From: Ophelia neglecta
Taxonomy: Eukaryota
DNA: 64,000 nt
Direction of reading: 5' to 3'
NCBI GenBank assembly: GCA_965285935.1
Contig: OZ260662.1
Span: forward strand, 44,330,001-44,394,000
In this document: positions 13,201 through 25,899 of the stretch, one piece after another
Numbering within the stretch: the stretch's first letter is position 1
Layout: each line of letters opens with the position of its first letter
Translations under genes and position numbers: made by a program
The notes under the pieces: generated by a model
Seen by the model: only the letters and a program-made list of their open reading frames with translations
Databases searched by the model: none
What the model was told of the DNA's origin: nothing

Positions 13201-16200
13201 ATAGGCAGAAGGTCGTAGAGACAGGTAAATTAAGAGCAGGGTGAAAATGACATATTTCCGAGAGGCTGTATACCCTTTCTGTCAAATGTTAACTGGTAAA
13301 AAAAAATCAGCTATGTCTACCAATTACCTATGTGTTGGAAACATTCTAAGGCTTTGATAGAAGACAAGTCTAGATGATTGGCGTTCCCAGTCAAATTGCT
13401 TTTTCCGGCAAGGAAATTTATTGAAACTTCAGTGAATTTGAGCAATGCTCTGCTCATCGTTTGTAACAAAATAAGGCCAAATGAGGCCATTCATCGTTCT
13501 GACATTTCCCTTGCTAACCTTCGGTGGAAATGTCGCGGAAAGTGATGTCCTTTTTGTTGTGTCTACTTATGAAAGCCTATCCTGACGGACTGGAAAACCT
13601 GATTCGAAGGTACAAATCTATAATCTCTTACGTGTTATTTGAGTGCAAGTTAACGACTCTTTGCGATCAAATCAATTATGTTTTTGTTGCGTTGCCAATA
13701 CATTTAGACTGTATAGCCTGTGACCCAGAACGCTCATCCTGTGTCAAAGGCTGCCATGTATAACCGAATGCGCTCAGAGGCCAGCCTAAATCAACTGATT
13801 TAAAGCCTTCCCCTATGCCAAAGCTCAGTACCGGATGCAAGCTTCACCAACGAAGGCAATGACTGATCTGCACGATCCGTGTTGCTGCTTTAGCGAGTAC
13901 AGGACCATGCACTGATTTTGCCATATGAAGCTTAATTGACATATTTGTCTGTCCAATAATGGATTATACTCCATAAACAATAATCATGGCCATTCCGGAT
14001 CTTACTACTCGATCAAATTGTTAAATATAGCATAGAATCTTGAATGGTAAACTAACACATACACAAAAAAAAAATCTCTTTTTCTGTGTGTATGTGTTAG
14101 TTTATAAGGTAAGTTTCAAACGTGTAATACTTGTTCATTCGTCCAAATGTATACATTGTGCATTATCTAACCATAGGACAAAGTATTTATTAACACAGAG
14201 GAATACATAACATCGTCATTTGGTAATTTACTTCTTTTCGTACATTTCAAATTTATTTATTTGTCGGCACACAACCTATAACTCGTTTACCCTTCCACAA
14301 TAATAAAAGATCCACCATTTTTAAAAGCCTAACCCAATGCTTATTCTATAAAAAGCAAGCCTATTATAAGACATTTTTTGCCACAAACTCACCAAGCTAG
14401 TCTGGCACTATTAAACGACACTAGGTTGGAAATGGGTGGTTTTATGCACATAAAATACTCCTTCTAGTACAACTAAAAGGAAGATAACATAAATGTTGCA
14501 CCGGCTAGGCTTTTAAGGAATATTGTCACACAAAAGGTTTGGCTAATGAGATTGAAGGGTTCACGAAAATAGACCGTCACCGCCTGAATGATCGTCTTTT
14601 GCAACTGATGGAGTGGTTTTAGAATACCTACATATGAATTGGGACACTTAAAAAGGCAATGTTGCACTGATGTTCAAACAAACAATAAAACTTCTTGCGG
14701 GAAAGTTTATTTTTTACTGGCTGTATCAGGGCACGTTAACCTGGGACAAAAACCCATCAGAACAAGAGGCTTTCCTCTGGCGTGTTGCGCCATCAAGTCA
14801 AGTAGAGAAGCCATGTTTCAATCCCGGCACATGCCAATAAGAACGACATGTGATAATTTACCTCAGATCTAGCTAAATGGTAAATGCGGTGAATGGCGAA
14901 TCGTGATATTCATGTTCCCGGATTGCCTATACCAGCAATTTGCAGTTGGCCAGACTCGTTTGCTTCGAAAGAGCCGAATGGTAACCCATGGATTGAATTA
15001 CATAAACGAAGACTAGAGATTGGCATGCGAGATAGGTGTGGTCTTGCAGCTCTAGTTAACTACTCAATCAAATCACGGGATCCTTATTTGGCACCCTTAA
15101 TTTCGCATCAACTTAGAAGGGGTATCTCTCTGCTCTGACGTTACATGTAACATCCTACGACATTCTGCTTTGAAGAGTCGTGCTTAGTTTTCTCGATCCG
15201 GTTTGGACTGTGCTCGGCATCTGCCTGTCTGTCGGTGTGAGAGGAGGGATGTTCCTTGACTGCCACCCGCACAGTCACAGCGCTGTCCCACCTGATCTGT
15301 CTGGTGGTTTGAAAATAACCCGGAATGGACATTCACCGAGTGATGGGCCCCCACGGGGAGAATGTATGGGCCTGCTTAACAAATCGCTGCTCGGACATGG
15401 CTTAGACCTATAGAGTTAACCATCGCGTATAGTACCGGTTGGCAGGAGACTGATAAACATTGTCATGATAAAGTGTTCTCCTCTTATCGAATCAGTCATT
15501 TATATAAATGCCTGCTTTGAGAGAAATTTCATCAATATTTACTTTAAGGGTAATTCCATATGGCCGCGATGCCCTCAAACAAACAGAGCCTTTTCTATAA
15601 TAATGGCCGAATTGCTGCATAACAGTCCCCTGTATCAACTGAAGCACCGCATTAAACATGCATGGCCCAATATGTACGATATGATTATGACGGAGATGGA
15701 ACCTATGATCTCTATACAGTTCGTTAAATAGTAAATTAACTCTCCATGGGATGAATCCTTAATGTGTTAAGAAGGAAACGGACAAGGGTTCAATATACCA
15801 ATGTGATTTTTCCTCCCGGAACTATATCGAGACATAGAAAGTAAGCCCGATCACAAAGAGCAATCAGGGTTTACATTTACGCATGGCCGTAAGTTTTTAC
15901 GTGCACCAATGGATTGGAAACCCCGGCAATTTGTCCTATATCCATTAGTACAGTGAATGTAAATAAAAATAGATATTGAGGACCCTTTTTCCAAACAACC
16001 AAGCAGTGTAAACGCTAACGAAAGTCACTAAGATCAACCAATTCTTACGCTTATGAAAACAGGTTCGCAACCTAATTATTATTCCCTGTTTTTCCGCCCC
16101 TTCTAGACAAGGTTCCCACCAATATTTCCTAGTTCCAACTTCTTTTAATTCAATACGACAGACATGGATTCCGGGCTGTCATGGACGCCTGTTTAATTAT

Positions 16201-18477
16201 TACGGTTCAGGTTGACATGTACCTTGACTAACCAGACGACAGCGGCTCAGATTAACTTGATATTTCATTGAGCAGACGACTTGTGGGATGACGTCATTTG
16301 ATGGTGGTGAGGCATCGGAAGTAGAGTACGTATTTTAAAGTGCCATCCACAATTCTTTGCCGAACATCTTTGACCACTCACTGCGTATATGATTCATGAC
16401 TGAAATGCCCAATGCTCACAACAAATACTTCATAATCAAGGCTGTTTGTTCTTAGGATTGGGAGGGGGGGTAGTTGACATGTTGGCAACCAACTGTTTTC
16501 CTCGCGCAGCCTGAGACCTGCCTTTTTTGACAAAAATACATAGGAGAGTATGCCTGAGCTTGAGAGTCATACTTTTTGTTTCTCCAAATATGGAAACCCA
16601 ATTTTTGTCTCCAAAATCTTCTAGACTCCCTATTGTGTGAATGGTGGTTCACTAAAGACTCGCCATGCGAGGACACCTCTTGCTGAATCGTATAAAAATG
16701 ACGCAGCACTCGACATGGAGTATTCTATCGAGGACTTCAAGACGACTGCTTTTGGTCTGCTAATGAAGATGGTCGGCGACACTAATTATGTTGTGGGTGT
16801 ACAAGGGTTCACGGCATAAGCAGAGCCTCTCTGTTTGAACGATGAAAATTTACTGGCCTTGCCCACTTCGGGCGTTTAGAAAGTATCCCGATTTATTTTG
16901 AGTTTAACCCTATATCGGTTCTAGAGTCACGTAAAAAAGGTTCCGAGTTCACTCACCATCTTTTTGCCAAGCATCACTACTAAATTGGCAACACACATAG
17001 CGTACATTATACAAACGGACACTAAAAACCCGTCTCGACCCGGAATTTTTTGAAAAAAACATTTACATGATATCAACGCAGGATGACTGCATAAGGGTCC
17101 AGGAATACAATTATGTATAATATAAGCATCAACAGTCATCATTGTGTTCTCCACCACGTAACTAATAATGATAGGCATTGTGCCTGCCAATTTTGCAGCG
17201 GTGTTTCTCCCAAATGCATGTATGAACTTTATCATCTGCTGTCTGTCATCTGAATTGATATAGACTGCTCTGATAATATTATTGCGAAAATAAGCAAAAG
17301 GTGACGCTTGAAGCAAATCTTTAGGACAAACGTGCAAAAATGTACGTCTGGACTGTGTAAATGAGTAAATTTTTATGCATGTTACTGAGAACAATTTAAG
17401 CCGCCGCCAACTTTGCAAAGAAGCACTAATTAAAGTGACTGAATATGACCACTTGTTTACAGATTCAAGAAACGGGGGATCTTCATGGGGATAAATCTTT
17501 GTTGTGACAGTACAACAATAAATTAATTCCGAACCATGCAGGAGTGGAAACCTCATTATTGTGTGTCTGTCGACTGTGGATTCTAAAGCCGCCAATGCCG
17601 CCAAGGCTAATGTGGATTATGCATGCGATCCGTATAGAAAATGGATCATCAGGCGGGAACTCTGAGCTCTTCTCCTATCAGGGAAATAGACGAGCAATGA
17701 GTTACTATTGAATGCCAGGATGCCATTCAAACTTCTGCATAATCAACATGTATGATCGGTAATAGTCAAATGTCGTGGCTTCAACTTGGTTAGGAGCAAA
17801 TCGAGTGGATCACTGGGAGTGATTAGAAAATAATGACAGAATTTAAAGACCATCCACGGTGTCTACTGACATCCTCCTGGCCCTTAAAGCACACACAAGG
17901 CGCCTATTGGCATAGACAGAAAACACATGAAATGCTGTCTCTGCAACTAATGTTGAGAAAAAACCGGTTGAAACAGATCGGGACTATGCATATAACTTGT
18001 AAACAACAAACTCTCGCCCACTTCTTCGTCCATGGCCTGTCACCTAAAGAAAATTGTTGCTTAATACTGTCAACACAGACTCTGCTACGTGTAGTGGTTC
18101 GGACAGTGTTCCTTGTAAGTCATTTTTCATTGGTAGTATATATATACAGACACATTCTGAGATGGTCTTACATACCCTTGCAGCTTACAGGTTCGATCGA
18201 TGATGCAGAACTTGGATGTCCCATGTACTAGACCACTGTATAGTAGTTTTTTCTAACCAAGGTTAAAATCACTAGATATTGCCGTAAAGATGCAATTTCA
18301 TGGACAATTCCCAGTTAAATGCAAAAGTCGGAAAATATAAAGGACCTACCTTAGATATTGGTATATAATATTATTAACAGTGCAGGTCCTTCTATGACTT
18401 GCACCAGGGCAGCAGTTCCTATCTCCTCTTCGACTGAACGACAAGCCTCCATCTGATCGCAGTTGCCATGGTGACAT
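4232..18477 (-). CDS. Candidate N-terminal exons of a type II membrane protein (3' part outside the window)
   Basis: Exon 18350-18540 (ctttgcag|...CTAAG|gtaggt; ATG at 18477 with an in-frame TGA upstream) joins in phase 2 to exon 4232-4357 (cttcgtag|...CACAT|gtgagt). Product: MSPWQLRSDGGLSFSRRGDRNCCPGASHRRTCTVNNIIYQYLSRVCEGAVCLMLVIMLLYIWLRSPSDFYFNVNFNITVMLYNH, with one hydrophobic helix. No family recognised; the start context is weak. Confidence 0.4.
7090..7290 (+). mobile_element. Degenerate SINE-like fragment (3' part)
   Basis: CTCCTCAGGGAGTTGAG...GGAGGTAAATGTGAAGTCATTAGAGCG resembles the 3' body and tail of invertebrate tRNA-SINEs. Recognised by pattern only. Confidence 0.35.
11750..12760 (+). 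mobile_element. Decayed L2/CR1-clade LINE reverse-transcriptase fragments
   Basis: Interrupted frames give, in the expected order: FKCALVHPL, KILEKVV, KHSTETALLRVQKDL, LDLSEAF, DALKWFEQYL, IIVQALVVSRLDYG and QKVQNAAK. Many frameshifts and stops. Confidence 0.85.
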
Positions 18478-18948
18478 GTATTTGGGGTCCCTGCGGGTAG
18501 CTGTCCGCTCTTCTCATGCCTCACACGAGTAATAATGAAACTGCAAAGGAGCTTTTGCCAATGAATGTTTTATGTGCTTCGGTTCTTGCAGGAGCATAGT
18601 CACACGAAATCAGCTGGAGTATTAACGAAAACACAACAAACGCTGACAAATGTGATTAGACGAGGGACCTTTCAGGGGAACAGTTGGGGTTTGCTGTCAC
18701 ACATGGCCTGTTGGTAAACGCATTAGGGATTTCTGGTGCAAATGTTGGCTAAGCGACACTGAGAAACAATATTAAGATATGAAATCCCAGCGAGCACGTG
18801 TCAGTGCAACAAGTGATCTTAAAATATAAATAGGCTAAAACGGATTGTTTGAGGAACAAAATCAATACTGTAGTGCAGCGTTAGTTCTTTTTGTCTCTTT
18901 GAAGTACATGGTCTGGACGATATTTTAGGCCGTTGTTTTATCCCGCCT

Positions 18949-19875
18949 TAGGATCCGGTTACTATTTATCCGACGGGGGGCTGTGGAAACATATAACACA
19001 ATTGAATTTCAATTGACCCCCCCCTCCCTTATGATCGGTAAATAAAATGAAATTTATAACCCGCCCCCCCCCCCTCGCCACTTAGTCTATTAGTTAGCAC
19101 CAAATTTGGTGTCCAACTTGCACAGTTAGTCATAAATACAGCTTATGGAGAACAACACCCTCAAAAATCATATTTCTATTATAATAAGACTCCCTGCGAA
19201 TGATATGATGCACAGCTAAACCATGAGAAACTGCAAGAACACCGAAAGTTTGTCTATAATATTGGACCTCTATAACGAGGTCAAGGTCAAACTTAAATAC
19301 CAACAGATTCCTTAATTGTAAAATTATGACTTCCTATTAGTAAAACTGGTTTGTGAATTCCTATTAGGCCCTAGTGTTAATTCAATACATTTGGCTTGAC
19401 TTTCTTGCACCTTGAGACACAGAGGGCATTACAAATGTACTGCAAAAGTTTGAGAATTTCTTAGCCTAGACATTTCATCAAGATTAAATAGTTAACTTTA
19501 CATAAGTTTTGTAAAAAGTTGTCCGACATTCCACCTGAAACAATATCAGACTAAAACAGCCTGATGGATTCTGAGGAGAATAAGTTTTGATGTACTGGGA
19601 AAGGGTGTACAGTAAAATATAGGTCACAGTGGCCTACTTTATATAAATCCGAAAGAGGGAGGTGAATTAATGGAGCCATGTGGAAGAATAAAGTTATAGG
19701 GCTGGCGTTTTCTTGGCTCCGCTTTGCATATTTAGCAAAAACAAGGCAACTGATTTGTACTTTTTATATTGAAGACCACACCCCTATCGGTCCAAAACAT
19801 ATCAATTACATCCCTAAAATCCCCCCCCCCCCCCACCACCACAACTATACCTTGTAATTAATGACCGGGCCCTTA
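18949..19875. mobile_element. Non-autonomous DNA transposon/MITE-like element, copy 1
   Basis: Imperfect terminal inverted repeats (TAGGATCCGGTTACTATTTA ... TAATTAATGACCGGGCCCTTA) with subterminal poly-G/poly-C. The internal sequence is homologous to 53.2-53.9 kb (shared GCATTACAAATGTACTG and AGTGGCCTAC). Confidence 0.7.
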
Positions 19876-21759
19876 AATGCATGGATACCAACAAATTGCT
19901 ATAGGCTATCCGCGGAGGCTACAAGTAAAATGCTAGGCAAAGGGGCCAATATTTTTGCGAAAGCAAGAATACATAGCCCGATGATATTTGTGCTAGGGCC
20001 CTATGGGGTCGTTCGTTTGTGATTTGTATGGCGCTTCTTCATAAGCTCATCCCAAGCGGAATAATGTCGTCTGCTGTTTATATGTAATACTATACAATAA
20101 CACAAAGATTGCTGTCATTGAAACTATCAGCTGAATAACAGATGGTTTTGACTGTCTTGCGTCGTCAAGTGGTTGAAAGGATTCTCCATAAAGATATGAA
20201 TACATAGGAGAGTATATCACAATAGTATAGGGGCTTCCTGGTCGCTATATTCCTCTCTATCTGCCAGGCGTGTGATATGATTGTCGCTTCATTATTTGCT
20301 TTATCAGTCGTACATCGATCTTTAGCCTTGATTGCTGCCATCAAGGCACAGCAGCGGGTTAGTTTCTTATGTAAATATTTCATCAGTCTCATTTTGTATG
20401 ATTCTAACAGACATGAGCGCTGTTCAAATTTATTATAGTGTATGTCCTCCCCCGACAATTACATTACCACTGACGCGGGTTCGATACGAGTCCAAGGGCA
20501 TATTGACAGATGCAACAATCGATATAGCAGTTAAAAGCCCCGTTTTCACGGCTTTCAAATATCTGACAAATGTTGTCTCGTATTTCATTGTTCGATATCT
20601 TGCGCAATGAATGTTTTCATGGGCGGGTTCGACCCCTGCATGTAAGAAGTACCCTTCGAAATTCTCCTGTATTTTGCATAAAATCCACAATTGCCAACCT
20701 CGATAAAACCCTCGCCAAAGAGTTACCTTTGTAAGCAGACAAACCCTAATACGGCCATGGCATAGTTGATCAAGTTTTAAATTAAAAAAGAATTTCTCCA
20801 GTACTGAATTAATTAACTGTTGCCTCCAAAAGGTACATATATATCGCCCATGAGGATTACTCTTGTGCAATATGACCATACTCCGCTCATTAGTTTAGGA
20901 GACCAGATACGAAAAAATTCACTTTTATGGCCCCAGGGGATGATTCATATGGTCAATTCTTTTAGAAATCTGCCGATGAAACAAATATAAATGATAAAGG
21001 AATGTGGTCCACACTTAAGCAATTAAAGTAGATCAAAGGTCAGTTACATCAGATTGTTCCTCTGGAGCCCCTGAGCATCAGTCATGTGTAATATGGTTAC
21101 ACATGATCCATCCAGCAGTTTGGGAGATCTACTCCGGAAACGAAGAATGGGCGTAAAAATGAATAATGTTCAACAGTTCTACATCAATAGTGGCCAAAAT
21201 AACAGTCACCCTGAAACGCATGGGCTTTGACTGGCATGGAATAAATACTGTCTCTCCGATCTACCACAGGTTTCGGATGATGATTCTGATGTCGTCTAGG
21301 GAACTACATATTGGACTATGCTATTAACCTAACGAGACCCGCCAGTGGTCTTTGGTGTCAACAAACGCTTAATGGACAGATATCATAAATTATAATATAC
21401 TAGATACCGCCAAACATGGAGTAAATTATATAGTTATAGAGTTCATTTTGTTGAAGCGACACAGCTAACTTTCTATAAACTGCACGGTGTCCCTTTATCA
21501 GGGTATCTTCAATTAAACCCCACTTACTACTAGCATGTAGGTAACGGCATATATGTCACGTTCTCTAGGCCCCCTAGGTCGGTTTGATTTGTAAGTAATT
21601 TGTCTATTGGAAGCCCGGGCAGATAGTAGATCATTTATTTCATGTCCAATGATGCCGTCTCTAGACCGTCACATCTAATAGGCTATATAGTTCAAGTCAC
21701 TATCTGTGTTAATGTGCTGTGATGATCGTAATAAAATCATCAGTTTAGGTAAAGTAACT

Positions 21760-22150
21760 TACCACTTGAGATACGAGAATGTCACTAAACCTCCTCCGTC
21801 GCTCGCCTTCGGACTCTTCTTAAACAAATGTTTAGTTTGAAGTGGGGCCAGATTAACAGCACCTACCAGAGGTGATCAAAGTTATCGCAGCGAAGATGTT
21901 ATTTGAGTGATGGTCTTTTGTCTACCAGAATGGACACCCCGCGGACAAAACCCGTCCGTTCACCAAGTAGCGGACATAAATTGCTCCCGGTTCTCCGGGC
22001 TATCGACCATTGCAGCAGGCAGGTGGGTCACGTCCGGTTTGAGTCAGTGACGTGTTATCTATGTCTTTCCTACATGACTAACTGTCATTGTTTCGCCCAG
22101 ACACCACTTGCCTCGATCATGTCTTTGGCCGGCGGCATTTATAATAAATC
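21760..22150 (-). promoter_or_regulatory. Possible promoter and non-coding first exon of the minus-strand gene
   Basis: Locally CpG-richer segment ending in a consensus donor (G|GTAAGT, + strand ACTTAC near 21757-21762), with a TATA-like run near 22140. Confidence 0.25.
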
Positions 22151-24760
22151 CCCTCCCTCATACGTGTATGTAAGAGTTTTTGGTGATTTTTTTCTAGTTT
22201 AAACTGGAGACAGGTTAAAAAGAAACTTCTTAAATGCTTGTGTTTGTGATCAGACCCAAACTGGCGCTATCTGGTATGTTTAAGACCGCGGTTGTCTACT
22301 AATGTTGAATATTTATAAATATCTGTCACATGTGGATAATCATTGATAATGGGTTGTGGGAAAGGCGCAATGAAAGTTGACGAATACTCATTGAAAAGAA
22401 TGTGCAAGGCAAAGTTGTATTAACAATTTGACTGCCATAAAGGGCAACAAAGTGAATTATGATTCCCGAAGGAATGTACCCCAAAGTTATATAACGTGAA
22501 GCCGCAGGCCCAGGTTTAGCAATTTAAGGGGCATATTCCAGACTTTTTTAATATAATTATAGACCCAATGTGTTTCACACAATGTGTATAACACCAAAAC
22601 AAGAATAAATTTAAAGTTTTTATTTGTTCCAACGCTTAAAACGACTCCGAAATGTTTCATGTTTATTGGCAAATGAACACGATAATCAATAGCAATATCA
22701 CAAGTGTGATGGTCGTGATCAAACCCAAATCAGTAGTATCTTAGTTCCAAATGACGGTCAATAGCTAGTCCAGTACTATTGACCAGTCACCAAAGTGTTA
22801 TTATCCGGTCAATAGTACTAGACTTTGAAACGGTTTTCTAATTTTGCGGTAAGCAAGGAGTTTTAAGACAGCCCACGTGACCTTGTCGGGACCAATGAGG
22901 GCCCTCCATACATATAAAGTATGTACTAGTGAATGAAACGGACGTTCGCTGCAAAGCGAAATATATCAAATATATATATAGTGTTCCGAAAAATGATTTT
23001 TGTAATCGGCGAATATGAAAGCAACAGCACAAGCGAAAGTGGTGACAACATAATTTACCATGTTAGTATGAATGTATGAAGGTATGTGCCCTTACTCAAC
23101 CCTTACCAATTAAACCCAGATGTATTGGTATAAATGGCTTAGGAAAAGGGTTAAAATTATGTAAACATTAGCCGCGATACGAAGTTGCCATTGTTGCTTT
23201 TGCTTAACTTTCGCCGATTACACAAAGCCTCTGAAAATCAACTGATTAAGATGACACAAATTTGGTTATCTTCTGTAGAAACCTAACGCACGTAGGAGAC
23301 GCGTCAGCTGCAAAGGTCTGAACTCCAGGACGCCCGCTTTCCGGTATTTTGTCAGAATCTAAGACCGGCTTCAAATTTGTCAATAAAAACCCCTCCAACC
23401 CACGCTTATACTGACTCTTGTCCAAGTGGGTCAATGATCGTTTTACCCACGCTGGTCTGGCGAGTATGACAAGCACAGACATCATGGTTTAGATAATTCG
23501 GTCAATTCAAGCTTTTAAAAGGGCCTATACCTAGGATAAAGAGTCATAAAATGTGTTCCCATGTGATAGAGCTAGTGGCTTATTCTGTGTTAGGGTTTGG
23601 GTCCAAAATTGTGAGGAGAACCCTGTAGGCTCCACAGTTAACCACAGAGGCATTTCCAGTCTAAAGCGATGTCTTTGTAGAGCAGCTTCGACGTTTGGAG
23701 TTTGGGACACTCCTACGGTGCCAGCCGATATTGAGTGAAAGAGGAGCATTGATTTCTCCCTACTACCATTTTGTGTGGCTGAAAATGGAAGAGGAGTTTT
23801 TCAATGTCAGATACTTTTATCACATTGACATTTGGGAGGTGCAATTTACCTTGGGGAAGAAAGACCCCATCTGTCAGGAGTGTAAGATCAAAAAAAAATT
23901 CAGATCTATTACATTTAAACACAATCAAACAATGCATGTAAGTCGGTTGAAACACATTTGAGCACATGCCGTGTAGATACAACCAAACACCTTGTCAGTC
24001 TTAGGAAAGGAAATTTCAATGATATAATCATACACATTTTCCTGATTTTGCCAACCTGTTGTGTAAACTGCATGTTTCCGATACACATTATACTTTTAGA
24101 GGTCCAGCGGCGTAATTTATTTAGCATGTTATAAAAAAAGATGTCTCTGCTTGTGTTGCAACCGAATTACATGCCTTGTCGTATTGTTTGCTTGAGTAAT
24201 CTATTTCTTTGCTACTTATCAGGGCCAATATTAAGCAACGACCTTGGAATATTATATTAATGGACTTCACATTAAGTGATGATATTACCGGCCGGAGGAG
24301 CAATCTTTGGAACGGACAGGGACTCTTATGATGGTATACATAGATACATGTATATAAGGATAATTGTAGGCAATAAATCGATAATTTTCTTCATCATCTG
24401 GTATATATTGTTCCCTATATAGATTTAATATCGTCGACCACAGTTTTTATGACTCTATGTTTACTAGCAGCGGGTGTGCTATTGTGGTTTGCAGTCAAGT
24501 GCACCGAACGGACACATAATCATATTAAAATAATAATGTTTAATGTATAAAATTTGAGCTACCTTGGTAGGATAATCTTTTCATTAAACTGTCCCCATTT
24601 TACTGGTCACACTGTAAATAGGTTGTAAGGTGTCTTACACTACCGAATGCAACACGTTTTGATATAGATGGATGACAGGGAATGTGGCTCAATGTAAAAT
24701 ACGAATCGACCAGACATTTCAAAGAGATAAAAATAAACCAATCTATTCATGTAAGGGACT

Positions 24761-24932
24761 ACCTGCCTTAAAGACCACCTCTATAATCAGACTTCCTGTC
24801 AATTCAGACTACGAAAATGAAGAACATACTGTGCAACTTCAAAGTAAAATAACCTGTCTAAACAGACCACCTCCATAATCAGACCAGTGTTTTCCCGTCC
24901 CTAGCGTAGTCTCTATTGACAGGTTTTATTAT
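24761..24932. mobile_element. Tc1/mariner (pogo/Tigger-like) MITE, copy 1
   Basis: Reverse-complement homologue of 39805-39981, with GACCACC subrepeats and a CAGGTTTTATTATA end. Confidence 0.7.
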
Positions 24933-25698
24933 ACTCATTATACTCAACTTGAATGCGATCCAAAATATTTGCCAGTGAGTGACAATGAACCAGAGGTTGT
25001 TGAATTATTAATAAGTGATAATGTCAACACTGTTTCTAGATGGGCGAAGGGCATCTTTGGCGGGAGCAAGTCGGCCGCTCATCACACTGTACCAGGGCGA
25101 ATGGGTCGGATTGAATGTAGTATGACAGAGAGCTCTGAAAATGAAATATTGACCAAGACAGGAAGAGTCCATGCTGTTACCTACAAGGGCTATACCGACA
25201 AATACTAAGTTGCAAACTTCTCAGGCCTGGCTATCCGGAATGGCGAACACATGGTTCGCAAAACCTAGCCCTGTTAATTTGGCATATATACGTGCTTCGG
25301 GTCTTTCTACAAACACCCAATTATCTGTTTAAAGCCACCACCACAAAATTAATACATTGCTGAAAAATAGCTGTTGAAGACCTCCTGGGCAGTGCATTTC
25401 TCTCTTGAGCAGTCAAAGCATCAGTAGTAATACGGTGGTCTGTGTGTAAGCTGTCGTATACTTTGTTACACACGCTTCATAGCTTTTTGTAAAAACTAGC
25501 TTTCCTGTAGAAATTCATGTACGACTAAGCATTCTGCTGACTACCACGAGACACATAACATTGTTCGTCTGACATCTGTCGCACCGACAATTCCCAGTCG
25601 TAATCACTCAAACTGTTGTAGTATTATGTATGCCACAATTCTTCAGCTATATGTATTATTTATACACAGATATGAATAGTACTGCACAAGGTTTCTGC

Positions 25699-25899
25699 NN
25701 NNNNNNNNNNNNNNNNNNNNNNNNNNNNNNNNNNNNNNNNNNNNNNNNNNNNNNNNNNNNNNNNNNNNNNNNNNNNNNNNNNNNNNNNNNNNNNNNNNNN
25801 NNNNNNNNNNNNNNNNNNNNNNNNNNNNNNNNNNNNNNNNNNNNNNNNNNNNNNNNNNNNNNNNNNNNNNNNNNNNNNNNNNNNNNNNNNNNNNNNNNN
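25699..25899. other. Assembly gap (~200 N)
   Basis: Run of N bases. Confidence 1.

Noticed and set aside
16690-16819. TATA-like motif followed by a short ORF (MEYSIEDFKTTAFGLLMKMVGDTNYVVGVQGFTA)
   Set aside because: Too short, with no recognisable homology or splice support.
16927-17604. Longest ORF-track entry (225 aa, minus strand)
   Set aside because: No recognisable motif, non-ATG start and no convincing splice boundaries; probably a chance ORF.
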